From contig OZ038378.1 in NCBI GenBank assembly GCA_964036045.1, positions 30,442,001 through 30,506,000 on the forward strand: a stretch of 64,000 bases of DNA, in the 5' to 3' direction. Below are positions 50,578-62,102 of the stretch, piece by piece. Made by a program: the position numbers and the translations under genes. The notes beneath the pieces are model-generated. The model had not been told where the DNA came from and ran no database searches. It saw only the letters and a list, made by a program, of their open reading frames with translations. Position 1 is the first letter of the stretch; the number at the start of each line of letters is the position of its first letter. The stretch comes from Eutreptiella sp. 'Long Island Sound 2002' (taxonomy: Eukaryota > Protista > Euglenida).

Positions 50578-51496
50578 TCACTCAAAAAGTTCTCCCTCCG
50601 ACGACGAGTCGGAATCAGAGACATTTGTATTCCGCCGCTTTCGGGGCCTTGTCCATGACAAGTCCATTTTCCTGCGCTCCCCTACACTCTCCAAAGGGCG
50701 TGAGCGTTCCGCACCTGATGACGCCTCAGTGCAGGAGGAGGACGAGGAGGAGGAGGAGGAGGAGGAGGACAAGGAGGAGGAGGAAGAGGAGGAGGAGGAG
50801 GAGGAGGAGGAGGAGGAGGAGGAAGAGGAGGAGTTAGAGGGGTCCGCAACATTGGTAGGGGGGTTTGCCGAAGGCGGGCCCATTGCCACATCCACCTGCG
50901 CATCATCTGCTGTTTTTTTCTTCTCTTTCTTCTCATCATGTGCGGTTCAAGCGAGGACAACATCCCGCTGTGAAGCTGGGGCACAAAGGGTGGCGGGGGG
51001 GCGCAACATCGGGATGCTTTGCATCGAAGTGCATCTTCATGCCGTACAACCACACGGTGGCCTTACACAAGGTGCAGTGCATTGGCCGGTTTGTGCACGG
51101 ATTGCGTGCCGAAGCCTTGGCCATTGCCCCCCAACGAACATTGGTGGGCTCAAGGGGACAGCTTGTCAATATGACAGAGACAAGCTTACCCTGGCCATTG
51201 CGGAGCAATTCTGTGGTGCACGCATTGCCTCCACAAAATCAGCGGGCATCTGCGCCACATTCGTCCCTCAAAATGTGCCTCCCCACATGTGTCCGCATGC
51301 TGTGCAACGGGACAACATGGTTACACACTACGCATGTACCCGAGGTAGGTGCGGCCGATCCAACCTTCACGGTACAAGATGCATCATTGCCTACTCCCAT
51401 CGCTCTGCGGCGAGTGCATTGGTATTGGTTTAGGTTTCGGCACACACGGGTTTGGGTTTGGGCACTGTGCTGGGTGGAAGTTTTGTGACACGGCAA
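50578..51496 (-). pseudogene. Cys/His-rich zinc-binding ORF with poly-Ser tail inside the hAT-like element
   Basis: CVVCNHVVPLHSMRTHVGRHIL..AR*FCGGNAC..CTNRPMHCTLCKATVWLYGMKMHFDAKH, then after a frameshift a (TCC)n-encoded Ser run and a basic/acidic tail. Confidence 0.5.
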
Positions 51497-51772
51497 ACCG
51501 CCCCTTCCCGCACTTACCTAAAAAAACACGGAAAAACGGTACTACGCAACAAAACACAATGCAACGCAACACAAAGCAAAGCACGAGAAAGCAAAGAAAG
51601 AAAGAAACCCCCTTTTTGCCTCCTTCTCGAGCCGGGGAAAAGCTCGAGGTAGGGATCTCCAGACCCCTGATTGCCTCCTCCTCGAGCCGGGGTATTAAAG
51701 CTCGAGGCAGGGATCTTCAGGTGCCGGTATTGGCGAATTGGGCACAAACAACAAACAACACAAACAACACAA

Positions 51773-52315
51773 GCAACAAAGCGTGGATTCAAAGATTGTC
51801 CCGGTTTCCTCAATAGCACCGGACGGTTGGGGCCCAAGAGAGGGCGGAAATGCTACATCACCCCTGCATTCTTGGGGGTCCCCAAAAAAGGGAACAAAAT
51901 CAAAACTCAAAACCTACGCCGGGGGTCACCATGATGCACCACGCAACAAAGCGTGGATTCAAAGATTGTCCCGGTTTCCTCAATAGCACGGGACGGTTGG
52001 GGCCCAAAAGAGGGCGGAAATGCTACATCACCCCTGCATTCTCGGGGGTCCCCAACAAAGGGAACAAAATCGGAAGTCAAAACCTACGCCGGGGGTCGCC
52101 ATGATGCACCACGCAACAAAGCGTGGATTCAAAGATTGTCCCGATTTCCTCAATAGCACGGGACGGTTGGGGCCCAAAAGAGGGCGGAAATGCTACATCA
52201 CCCCTGCATTCTCGGGGGTCCCCAACAAAGGGAACAAAATCGGAAGTCAAAACCTATGCCGGGGGTCACCATGATGCACCACGCAACGAAGTGTGCGTTC
52301 AAAGATTGTCCTAAG
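51773..52315. repeat. 170-bp tandem repeat, 3 units plus a partial unit
   Basis: GCAAC(A/G)AAG(C/T)GTG at 51773, 51943, 52113 and 52283. Confidence 0.95.
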
Positions 52316-54036
52316 TGCGCCCCCTTAGCGCACCCCCTGCATTCTCGGGGGTCCCCAAAATTTTCGGGCGCCTTCGGCGCCACCCTATGTATGGCTAGTA
52401 GCCATTGACCCTTGGTAACTAAGTGGGCCCGGAGGGCCCGGAGGGGGGGGGGGGGTCGCGTACCGGGACCGAGGAGACGTCCCCCCCGTGGAGAAGGGGT
52501 TCACAGTGGGTAAGCGGGGGGGCGCGGCATGGCAAAAGGGGAGGGGAGGGGATAAGGAGGGAGGGGAATGAGTGTGTCATGGTGTAGGTCAAGATGGTTG
52601 TATGATGAACCTCACAAAAGCGAGCAATATCCTCTGTGCCCTAGTTTGTGCTTCATGGCGCGCGCGCCCGTGTGTGTGGGGGAGGGGGGGGGGTGCCACT
52701 GTCATGAGGCAACAAGGAACACCCTCGCAAATGGCTAGGTTCATATCCGCGAACCCCAACCCCGTAACAATCTCTCCCTATCCCTTCACTTCACATGGTT
52801 CAATGTGGTCATGTGTTCATGTACACGCAAGATAATTGCACACAAGAATGAATGTGGTTGTCAATTTGTGCATGTGCATGTGCATGTGTCTGTGGACGTG
52901 TGTATGGTTGTTTGTGTGTGTATGTGTTTGGATATTTGTGTACCTCACGAAGTGTGTGTGTTTGGATGTTTGTGTGTTTGTTGCGGTGGGTACACGTATG
53001 CAAGTATGTATGTGTGCATGCACGCTCAAGTTCTTGGAGAAAAGACATGGTGACAACTGCGGACCGATGTTGGTGTGAAAAGGGTGAAGTGTGGGCCGGC
53101 AAGGGTGGGAAGACAGGGCGGAAAGGGGGAGAAACTCCTGAGTGAGCCCTGAGTGAGCCCCTAATTAGCTCTCAGTGAGCGCTCAGTGAGCCATTTGGCG
53201 TGCTCAGTGAGAGATAAGTGAGAGCTAAGTGAGAGCTAAGTGAGCTGGGTCAGTGACGGCGCAGACGAGGTGCTCAGTCAACTGAGCTGTCGAACAAAAA
53301 TACCCCCCCCCCCCTCGGTCGAATCCTCTTGCACTAGGGATTGGGATCCGTTTGGGGACATTCCAAAACTCCAACCCACCCCCGAAAGGCACAAGTTTTC
53401 ACCTGAACTCCCTTGAAAAACACCACTTAGCCCCAACTGAGCCCCAACTTCACATTTCCAAGTGAGCCGCAGGTACACGTGCACCCCTTGTGGACACCAT
53501 TGATTGGAAGCAGCCACTAACTTTCCTCCTCCGTGGGGATGCCTTCCCATGCGCTGGTGGAAGTTGGACCCAACTATCCATTGGGCTCCTCAACCACGGC
53601 GCACGGGCCCGCACACCCGGCTACCTATGGGTGATTGGGCTAGCCGTATGCGGGGATAAGGACATGGCTGCGCTAGCGACAATAGGGTGCAAAAACCTGC
53701 AGGTATGTAGGGGAGGTTAATATTTGCCGCAGTGCATTAATTTTTCACAAGCCAATATTAATGCCGGCGACTCATCAATCTTATATATTTCAAAAATTCA
53801 TTGAAAAATTAAAATCAAAATTAATCCCCATGACAGTTTTAATATTTTCCCACAAGGAAACCGGTGAGACCCACCCCCGCAACCCTGAGAGAAAATGACA
53901 CCCGATCCCGTAAGGTACCCCATGGGGGTAGAGTTTTTCCCGTCTAAACCCCTCAGCCCCCCCAAAAGGGTCAACTTTGGGTTGGCGCATTAATTTTTGA
54001 CCCAATTATTAAAGATATTGGGTTTAACATAGGTCT

Positions 54037-56200
54037 CTAGGGTGGCCTTCACCAGGCGCAAGGAGTCAGAGATCAGGCCCGTCGAGTGTGGCGGGGCGAC
54101 GGGGCAGTCGGCTTGGTATCCGTTGGCGTCCAGGAATCTGGCCCACACCGGGTCCTGGGAGCTCCGGCCGGCCCACGCGGCCATCAAGGCGATCCAAGGC
54201 CAGAGCCAGTGCAAGGCCACGGGGGCGCCCGCTGGGGTGACGGACTGGTTGAGCAGGCCTTGGAGGTGGTAGGAGTCATGGTTCAGCTTGTCCCTGCACC
54301 GCTGCTGCGAGGTACCCCACCGGATGTGGCCTAGGACCCGCCCTGCGAATTGGAGCTCATGGTGGCCGCCCCTGGGGAGGATCTCTTGGCTGTACCAGTC
54401 CGCCATGTCGAAGCACAGACATCCGCAGGACCTTGGGCCACCGCAGCGCAAGCAGCACCCGCTCGGCCCGGGTCACCTTGCCCGTGAGGGCGGAGAGCTC
54501 CATGCCCAACATGCGGGCGATGACCTCGGGAGCCGTGGGCCAGTGCTGCATTGTGGCCAGGAGGGCTCCTTCCATGAGGGCGACGCGATCCACGCGGCCC
54601 ACGTGCTCTGGGTGGGCCTCGAGGTGGAGCCTTTGCTCCGCGAGGGATAGGGTGCGGAATTGTGGCATAGTGCCTGTGGGGCAAAGTCCCGTGCTTGGCG
54701 CCCTTTCATGCCCCCTAAAGCTCACGAGAAACTCTTCTCCTCGCAACGGGTTAGGGGGGGGGCTGGGACGCTTCCGCCCGGGCCGCCGCCAGGCTGCGGC
54801 GGTCAGGGCAGGCGGGGGGATGACAGGGGACACTCTCGCCCTGGCGGTCGCCGTTCCACGTTGGCTAGGACGGGAGGGAACGCGCTCAGAGCTGGCACTC
54901 CTTGGCCGTAGTCGGTCTGCGTTAGCCGGGGCGGGAGGCTGTGCGGACGAGGGACACACATGGCCCGGCTATGGCCTTGCTGTGCAAGGGGGGGCGGGAC
55001 GGAGGACGCCAGGCAGCTAGCACGCCCCGGTTGTGGCGGTTGTGCGTCAGCTGGGGCGGGGGGGGAGCTACCTGGCAGCAAGGACGCCCCGGCTGTGGCC
55101 GTTCTGCGGTGGCCGGGACGGGAGGGGGGAGACAAGGTAGCCAGCACACCCCTGATGTGGCCGTTTTGCGTTAGCCAGGGCGGGGGGATGATACTTGGCA
55201 ACTAGGGTGCCCCGGCTGTGGCCAATCTGCACATGTTGGGGCGGGAGAAAGTGTGGACGTGGAAAGCGCACACCCTATGGCCGTTTTACCGCAGTCTAGG
55301 CGATAACGAAGAACCTGGGAGCCAAGACACCCCGGCTGTGGCCGTACTACATTGGCCGGGGCAGGAGGACACCTGGTAGCTAGGACGCCCCGGCCGTGGC
55401 CGTTCTGCTTCGGCCGGGGTGGGAGGGAGTGTGGACGGAGACAAGCACACCCCGGCTGGGGCCGCTCTACGGTAGCCGGGGCGGGAGGGAGGACACCAGG
55501 CAGCTACCACGCCCCGGTTGTGGCCATTTTGCGTTAGCCGGGGCGGAAGGGAAGATACCTAGCAGCTAGGGTGCCCCGGCTGCTGTGGCCGTGCTGCGAC
55601 AGCCGGGGCAAAGGGGAGGGTGGACAAGGGGTCATGTGCGACCCAGCAGATGCCGTTCTTTGTTAGCCGGGGGCGGAAGGGAAGGTTGCCCGGCGGCACC
55701 CACGTCCGGGTCAGTGCCGGTCCGCGCTAGCCGGGACAGGGATCGGGGTCTGAGCCCCCTTGTCGCCGCTTGCTGGGGGGGCCTCCCGCACATTCAACGC
55801 GCGGGGGGGGGAAGGGAGGCTGGAAGCCACCACGCCCCAGCTGTAGCTATGCGGCGTTAGCCGGGGCGGGGGGTGGGCCGTCTGGCGGGGCGCGTGTCCC
55901 GGCCGTTGCCGGTGCGCGTGTGCCGGGACAGGGGATGGCGGTCGAGTTTCCACTGGGCGCCGCCGACTGCCCCCCCCCCCCCCCCGCGCACGTCATGTGC
56001 CGCCGAAGGGCCCGACCCTATCGCCCGGCCGGGCGGGCTGGAGTGTCTCCCGTCACGAGCGGGCTCACTTGCTGGGATGGGGGTGTCACGCCCAGGGGGC
56101 AGCCGATTCCTGCGGAGCGCCTGCTGGGGGCGCTAGTGTGCAGCAGCGCGGGTGTGCCGATCCAGGGGGGCGTCTGGGGCCCTACCTAGCTGGCACCCAT
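54037..56200 (-). mobile_element. LINE-A, 5' part (5' region and ORF1 start)
   Basis: Minus-strand ORFs 54959-54357 and 54451 downward. Removing 22907-54036 plus one CTAG restores GCTGCC-CTAG-GGTGGCC and an open frame ..LVKATL-GQPDGPR.. into the left part. The 5' limit is uncertain. Confidence 0.65.
54960..55620. repeat. ~61-bp degenerate tandem repeat, about 11 units, in the LINE-A 5' region
   Basis: CCCCGG(C/T)TGTGGCCG core recurs at ~54964, 55026, 55087, 55150, 55210, 55272, 55331, 55388, 55451, 55512 and 55574. Confidence 0.8.
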
Positions 56201-57239
56201 TGCTAAGACAAGTCCGGCAGAACTACCCTATCTTAGGCTCCCCGATCCGTAGAGCCCCGGGTTTGGTCCTCCGGTCCGGAGACCGCACTAACGCCTCGCC
56301 TCCCTAGCCATAAGATGGGGTTACCCTCCGCTCCTACTAGGCACTCTAAAGAGCAGCAGGCGTGATAGGTAGGGAGTACAGGAGACCATAACACAGGGGT
56401 AACAGTAGGAGGGACTCAACGTGAGTCCTCTTAATAGAACAGAACCCCGCCCCTTTCCTAGAGGGTTCCGCCCAGCATAGGGCACGACCCACAAGAATGG
56501 GAGGGTTCCGTCCGGCATAGGGCACCACCCACAAGTGCAGTGGCTATGGGGGGGGGGGGGGTGCAGGGCAGCGCGAGGAAGGTGCCATCGCCCCGGTGCA
56601 GTGGCGTCGTAACTGTGGGCTCTGGCCTGTTCCCCAGCTGCGGCGGTCAAGGCATTCGGGAGGGGGGGGGGGGGGGTGGGAGGCGCATGGGGCGGGCCGC
56701 TGAACCGGCCACCCAACTGGCTTCCCGGGTGGCGCCCCACGCAGTGGCAGCCCGCGCGGTGGTGGGCTGGCTGGGAGGCGCGCCGGCCACGCTGTCGCCG
56801 CCCCGGATGCGCGCCCTTCGGTACAGGGCGTACGCCACTACCTCCATCGGCTGCTGCTTGTCCGCGAGCGGTTGGCGTGTGGAGTTAGCACACGGGTGAG
56901 GGGGGGGGGGGGACCCGGTGGGCCGTGGTCGTACAAAGCCGCCAACGGAGGTGGGCCGGCTTAACTTTCTTCAAGCCTGCAGGGCAAGAGGGCAGTGGGG
57001 GGGGGAGGGAAGCGGGGGCTGGGCTGGGCGGGGCGTGGGGGGGGGGGGGCTGCTTTCGGTGGGCTTGCCACCAGGGGAGGGGGGGGGGGCAAAAGGCCCG
57101 CCCCCGGGTTTACTGGTCCCCAACGGGGGCCAGCCCACGGCCCGCACCCTCGCTTTGTGGTGGCTTAAATTTGGGCTGACTGGTTGGGCGGAAGGGAAGA
57201 GAGGGGGGAGGGGCTGTAGGGGAGGGGGGGAGGGGGCAA

Positions 57240-60200
57240 GCCGGTAATTTACGGGGGTTTACATGCGTTTTGGCCCCCGGACCCCAGGTTGTGTAAATGG
57301 GTGTGAAATTTTCCCCAAAACGGCGTAAATTCCCAAGAAAAGTGGCGTAAACTCCCAAGAAATGGCGTAAATCCACACAATAGACCGTGTCACTCAACAG
57401 CTCAACCAACCTCAAAAACTCAAAACATAGGAACTCAGTGTTTTGAAGGTTGGTTGCTTTAACCTTGTGACCCGAAGTGGCGTTTTCCCACCGCTTCAAT
57501 GATTGGTTTGGTGTTTGGATTAGAAAAGAATGTGTGGGGATACATACTTGTATATACCAACAGCCAGGGTTTTTTTTTTTGGTGGGTTTGCCATTGGACG
57601 GCCGGGGGGGGGGGGTATGGAGAATGCACCATGGACCCGGGATTGGTCAAAAATGTGTACCATCCCTCAAAAACATTACTCATTGGGCAAGTGATTTTTT
57701 GGTGCATTCCAAAAAAGGCAAGGAACTCAAGGTTGTTGAGTGAGGGTTAGGAAAGGAGCATGGATACTTTGTGCTTGGTTGATGTTGGAGTATTCTTCAC
57801 TTGTTTTTTCACTCCTTTTTGTTCGGCCTCTTTTCTTCTTCTTTGTTTCGGGGGCTTGCTTTTTTTTTGCCGAGCTGCCCGATTGCGTCAACCATTCGGT
57901 CCGCACAAAAAATTTCTCGACCTTGTGCGGGGTCCCTTTTTTTTTAATCTTTTGTGGGGGCCTTGGTACCTCTTCACTCCGAAAAAGAACTTTTTTTTAC
58001 CCTCATTGCCCCTCTTTTAGCGCTGTACAAGTATGGGGGGGTTGGGTTGGGGGACATACGTTAGTTTTGGTCGTATGTTGTTGGTTTGGAGTGTGTGGGT
58101 TAGAGATGCCGCTGGAAGGGTCAAGGTACAAACATTAGGTTAGACAAAGATTAATTTGCATTTTACTTCATGCATGTATGCAAGCTCCCATGCCGCGCAT
58201 CATGCCCATGCTCGTGCCCATGCACATGCGCAAATACTTACATGGGGGGCAACTCACTGCCCTCCATCTCCCTCACCTCCCAACTATCGTTCAGTCACAA
58301 ATTATGTCGCACTGCAAAGCACAAACCCCAAATCCGGTACCAACTCATCTGTGGCACATCCCAACCTGCTCACGGGGTTCCCCTGCTGCTTCAACCTGTG
58401 GAGACGGCTCCAATGCCTCCTATCCCGGGGGGTTGATTTTTGTGTCACCTCCATCCGCATCCCCCCTTGGGCCACTAAGTCACTTGCATCCGAAGGCTTT
58501 CCTTTCGTGCCACTAGTGCTTCTACCCGCATTTAGCACAAGGGCGGGATGGTGGCCCGCTGCAGTCCACCCAATTTCTTCCTTGGCTCTTAAAATGTCAT
58601 TGACCATTGATCATCCTAAGCTCCAGCCCTCCTTCATTTTTAGCCATCCCATGGGCCTTCTTGTTCATTCCTTTGTTGACAACCCTATGATCCGATTCAT
58701 CACTGCTCGACGTACCTGAAGAGGAACTAGAATTCGACGAGTCCGATAACCTGCTGCTCAAGCTGTCGCTGAAGCCCACCATCCTCTTTTTCTTCTTACT
58801 CCCCTCCGGCTTTCGTGCCTCCTTCTTTGCTCTCCTTCGCTCCTTTTTCTGCTTCTTCTTGGCCTTTCTCTTCCTCCTCTGGCGCTCCTCCTTCGCTTTG
58901 TGTTTCAACCAGGACTTTCCCGCCTTGTCCCGCCTTGTCCAGTTCTCCACCTTTTCCGGCAGCATCTTGCACAGTTCGCGGACCCACTTTGGGGCTCCTG
59001 GTCTTTTCCGAAGTCGCTTCAAATTATTGGCGGTCATCTCTAAAGGGTCGAACTCTGGCAACGGCGGGATAGCACGACCCCCTTCACCCTCATCCATGGC
59101 CATCGTTGCTCCATCGGCATCCATGTCCTTCCCGCCCTGTGGAGGGGCAAGACATTTCCCAATGTTGCTTCTGTTCAAGATCTTTTCCTGGTATTCAGCC
59201 CGCAACCTTGCCATATTCCGTCTCATCCATTCCGGCACGACCATTCCCAGTGCCCCTTGGTGAAACTCTTGTGTCGTCACATCCACAACTGAGTTGGAGA
59301 ACACCTCAAATGACGTCACAAGCAGCTCTTGCAGTTCTTAATTCCCGAAATCCACTCAAGCTGGGCTCCGAGCTAGGGGTAGGTACGGCATGCGGCACAA
59401 TGCATTATTCCATCTTCATACTGAAGCCAAGGGCGGCCAGACTGCCGCAACATGTGGAATGCACGAACCTCTCTACGGGGTTCGGGGACATGCTCAGGTG
59501 CGGGGCGAGCACAAGAGAGACATGCACCATCATTAATGCACGCGACATGCACATAGCATTTACATCGCTTGCACTGTTGAGTGTTAGTGTCTCATAGATG
59601 CACATGCGAAACACCATCGGTTATCTCCCGACTCGCCCTCCTCACCCACCTCGACCCGTCCGGCGTCTCCCTCCACGACAACGGAGCACTGCTCATGCAC
59701 CCCCCGTTAACGTTGGGAGCATGTAGTCGTCACCCAGGAAAACCGACCGCAGCAACTCCCACCGTACGATGAACTCGCCACTTGAACGTAGGAGGCGACC
59801 GATGGGGTGTGGGCTGTGGTTGGCGCGGGCTTGGGGGGTGGTTTGGCGGCTGCGGCTCCGGTGAAGGCTTCAAATGAGAACTCGAAACCATTGCGCGCCT
59901 TTGAATTCTTAGCCGCACGCTCAATCTGCACTTGCTGCCGAGTTGAGGGGGCACCTTCGGACTTCATGTGACGGAGCGTGGTTGCTGAAGTAGCAAATTC
60001 TTGCCACACCGCCTGTCCGCCTTTCTTCTGCACCCACATTACATGACAAAGCTAGCACAAGGAAGGGGAATACAAATGGGTGAACACAGTGAAAGCAAGG
60101 AAAGAAAAAATGCCCCTGAATGCCTCCTTCTCGAGCCGGGACAAGCTCGAGGCAGGAATCTTCACGCGTCTTGCGGGATTCGGCCTAGTATTCCCTGGCA

Positions 60201-60620
60201 TAGAAAACGGGCATCTACACGGTTTGCATTAGACAATGCACACAAATCTCATTAACAACTGTTTGTAAGTGCAAGGAATGGCACACAGAGCACGTGAAAG
60301 CAAGGGAAGAAAGAATGCCCCTGAATGCCTCCTTCTCGAGCAGGGGACAAGCTCGAGGCAGGGGTCTTCACTCATCTTGCCGGATTCGGCAAATTGGCTG
60401 CATAGCCCCTGCTCACTGTGACACAGGGAAGGGGCATTTATACAATTTGCATTCCAAAATGGACACAAATCTAGTTCCCAAATATTTGTAAGTGCAAGCA
60501 ATAGCAAGCAAATCATGCACAATCCCTAATTTACACCGATTTTACAAAAATTTACGGGAATTTACGCCAATTATCGAGGAATTTACAAAATTTTACGCAA
60601 TTTACAGCGTAAATTGCTCC
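57240..60620 (-). mobile_element. Possible element carrying a gag-like ORF
   Basis: ORFs 60039-59707 and 59319-58597 (Lys-rich stretch, Ser run), followed by PCAKCG*KH*WHE (broken CCHC-like knuckle). GGCGTAAAT repeats on the left and AATTTAC repeats on the right are in inverted relation. Confidence 0.35.
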
Positions 60621-61775
60621 GGGCCCCCGCCCCCCCCCCATTTGTTACCAGCTTGGTAGGGGGTCTAGGGGGGAGCCCCCCCCGCTTGCCAGAACACACC
60701 CAACCCAGAGGGAAACAGAAAACTTATTGCAGAATGAACAACTCAGCACATGAAAATCTCATGTTGTTGGCTGTAAACAATGGAAATTCATCATTGCATG
60801 TCAATTCAGGGTTCCCACATCTCACCAATGCACAACAACAACGACAAAGCGGGACATTCACCATCTTATGTCAAATGACAGTGATCAGTCAGAATTAGAC
60901 TCGCCTGAATTGGAGCCTCCATCAGTAGTGGAACTGGAACTAGAACCTGATGATGATGACGAACTTGAGTCACTGCCTTGAGCCACAGTGTGGCCATTGG
61001 TATGCTCAAAAAAAGTGTGGCACATGCCTTTTGTGCCTCGTTGTAGGCTTCTTGTGTTTTCCAACTGGTGATCCTATCGTTAAACCTAAAATAGAGCAGC
61101 GCGTCAACTACGACAACTACAACTGCGCATGACGACGGTTGGACCGGGGAGCTGAAACACACTGACAACGAGCTTTGGGGCATGGTGGTCTGCAAGACAA
61201 CGTATATGGAGCACACATGGAGCGGCACGTACACAGTATATGGCATGCGCCAAAGGCGCCAAAAATTTTTTTCCCATGACTAATACAAGTTCCCAAAACC
61301 CAGGTTTTCAGGTGCACTTGAGCTGAGGGGGGAAGGGGGGAGGGGGTCCAGGGGAGGGGGGTAGGGGGTCAGGGGGGAGCCCCCCCAGCCTGCCGGAATG
61401 AAAATTAAAGCAAGTCCCTGGAGGTGGGGGGCTGGGTGCGAATCATTTGGGGCGCCATCAGCGTTCTTGCATACATCCAATGCGGGGAACCATAAAAGCT
61501 CAGGAAGTGCGCCGGGTGGTGTGCGCACTGCTTTGGGTGTTCGGGAGGAAGTTGTCTGCATTGCTCGTACCCAGACAGTGGGGAAATGTCTTTCCGGTGG
61601 GTAGCAGTGGGGCAGTGGTCCCTCAGCTCACAAGTGCTGCTTCTCCCCCTTAGTGTCCCGCCCACACCGCTGCACACTAGTCATTCCAATGGCAGTGAAG
61701 GTTGGTGGTGTGGGACATGTAGTTTCAGGCTGGAGGGGGGTAGGGGGGGGGGGGCATTCCTGTGTGTGCACACAC

Positions 61776-62102
61776 CTCCTCAGGGCTCAGCTGCCTGCGC
61801 TGCAGCACATAGTCGTACAGCTCCCCCCCTCCCAAGAGCTCCAGCACAATGAAGATGTGTGTGTCCGTCTGCATGATGTCGTACACACCCATGATGTGTG
61901 GGTGCTGCAGCAGCTTGAGGATCGAGATCTCACGCTCCACGCGGTGCTTGGCCTCTCGGTTGGCCTCCAGCGTGGACTTCTTGATGATCTTGAGGGCCAC
62001 AGGCAGGTCGTACTTCCGGTGGCGACCCCGCTTGACTTTCCCGGTGGTGCCCTTCCCCAGAGTTTGCCCCAGGATGTAGGGGCCCGCGTACATCATTGTC
62101 AT
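61776..62102 (-). CDS. BRSK/SNF1(AMPK)-related Ser/Thr kinase, coding exon 1 (subdomains I-V)
   Basis: ATG at 62102 gives MTMMYAGPYILGQTLGKGTTGKVKRG..VALKIIKK..EREISILKLLQHPHI..LELLGGGELYDYVLQRRQLSPEE. It is 327 nt (109 codons) and ends at a phase-0 donor GAG|GTGTGT. Confidence 0.93.

Larger units (their letters stand above)
49954..52490. mobile_element. 2,537-bp hAT-like non-autonomous DNA transposon
   Basis: Perfect 21-bp TIR CACGGGGGGGACGTCTCCTCG, extended by TACGCGAC(C/T)C(n). Perfect 8-bp TSD GAGAAGGG at 49946-49953 and 52491-52498. No transposase seen inside. Confidence 0.88.
23692..53479. mobile_element. Giant long-TIR element (29.8 kb; ~17.8 kb after removing two later insertions)
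   Basis: Ends CGTGTACCTGCGGCTCAC / GTGAGCCGCAGGTACACG. Inverted arms: 23692-24905 versus 52491-53479 plus 49768-49953. The interior has a transposase-like gene, cargo ORFs and satellites. Confidence 0.65.
22907..54036. mobile_element. TIR DNA element with CTAG (or TA) target duplication; own body ~1.3 kb (22907-23691 and 53480-54036)
   Basis: Left CTAG|AGACCTACGTTAAAAACAATAT and right ATATTGGGTTTAACATAGGTCT|CTAG, which is an inverted repeat with 3 mismatches in 22 nt. Subterminal AAAAATTAA..GGCAAATATTAAC occurs on both sides. Coding-like segment at 23140-23616. Confidence 0.7.
13645..61775 (-). other. 48,131-bp GT-AG intron of the kinase gene
   Basis: GT at 61775-61774 and AG at 13646-13645. 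The phase-0 join reads QLSPEE|VFVFFHQML with no kinase subdomain missing or duplicated. Confidence 0.85.

Noticed and set aside
50441-51433. 330-aa plus-strand ORF with a poly-Glu tract
   Set aside because: It is the antisense reading of the (TCC)n Ser run and zinc-cluster frame, and it starts inside a tandem repeat.
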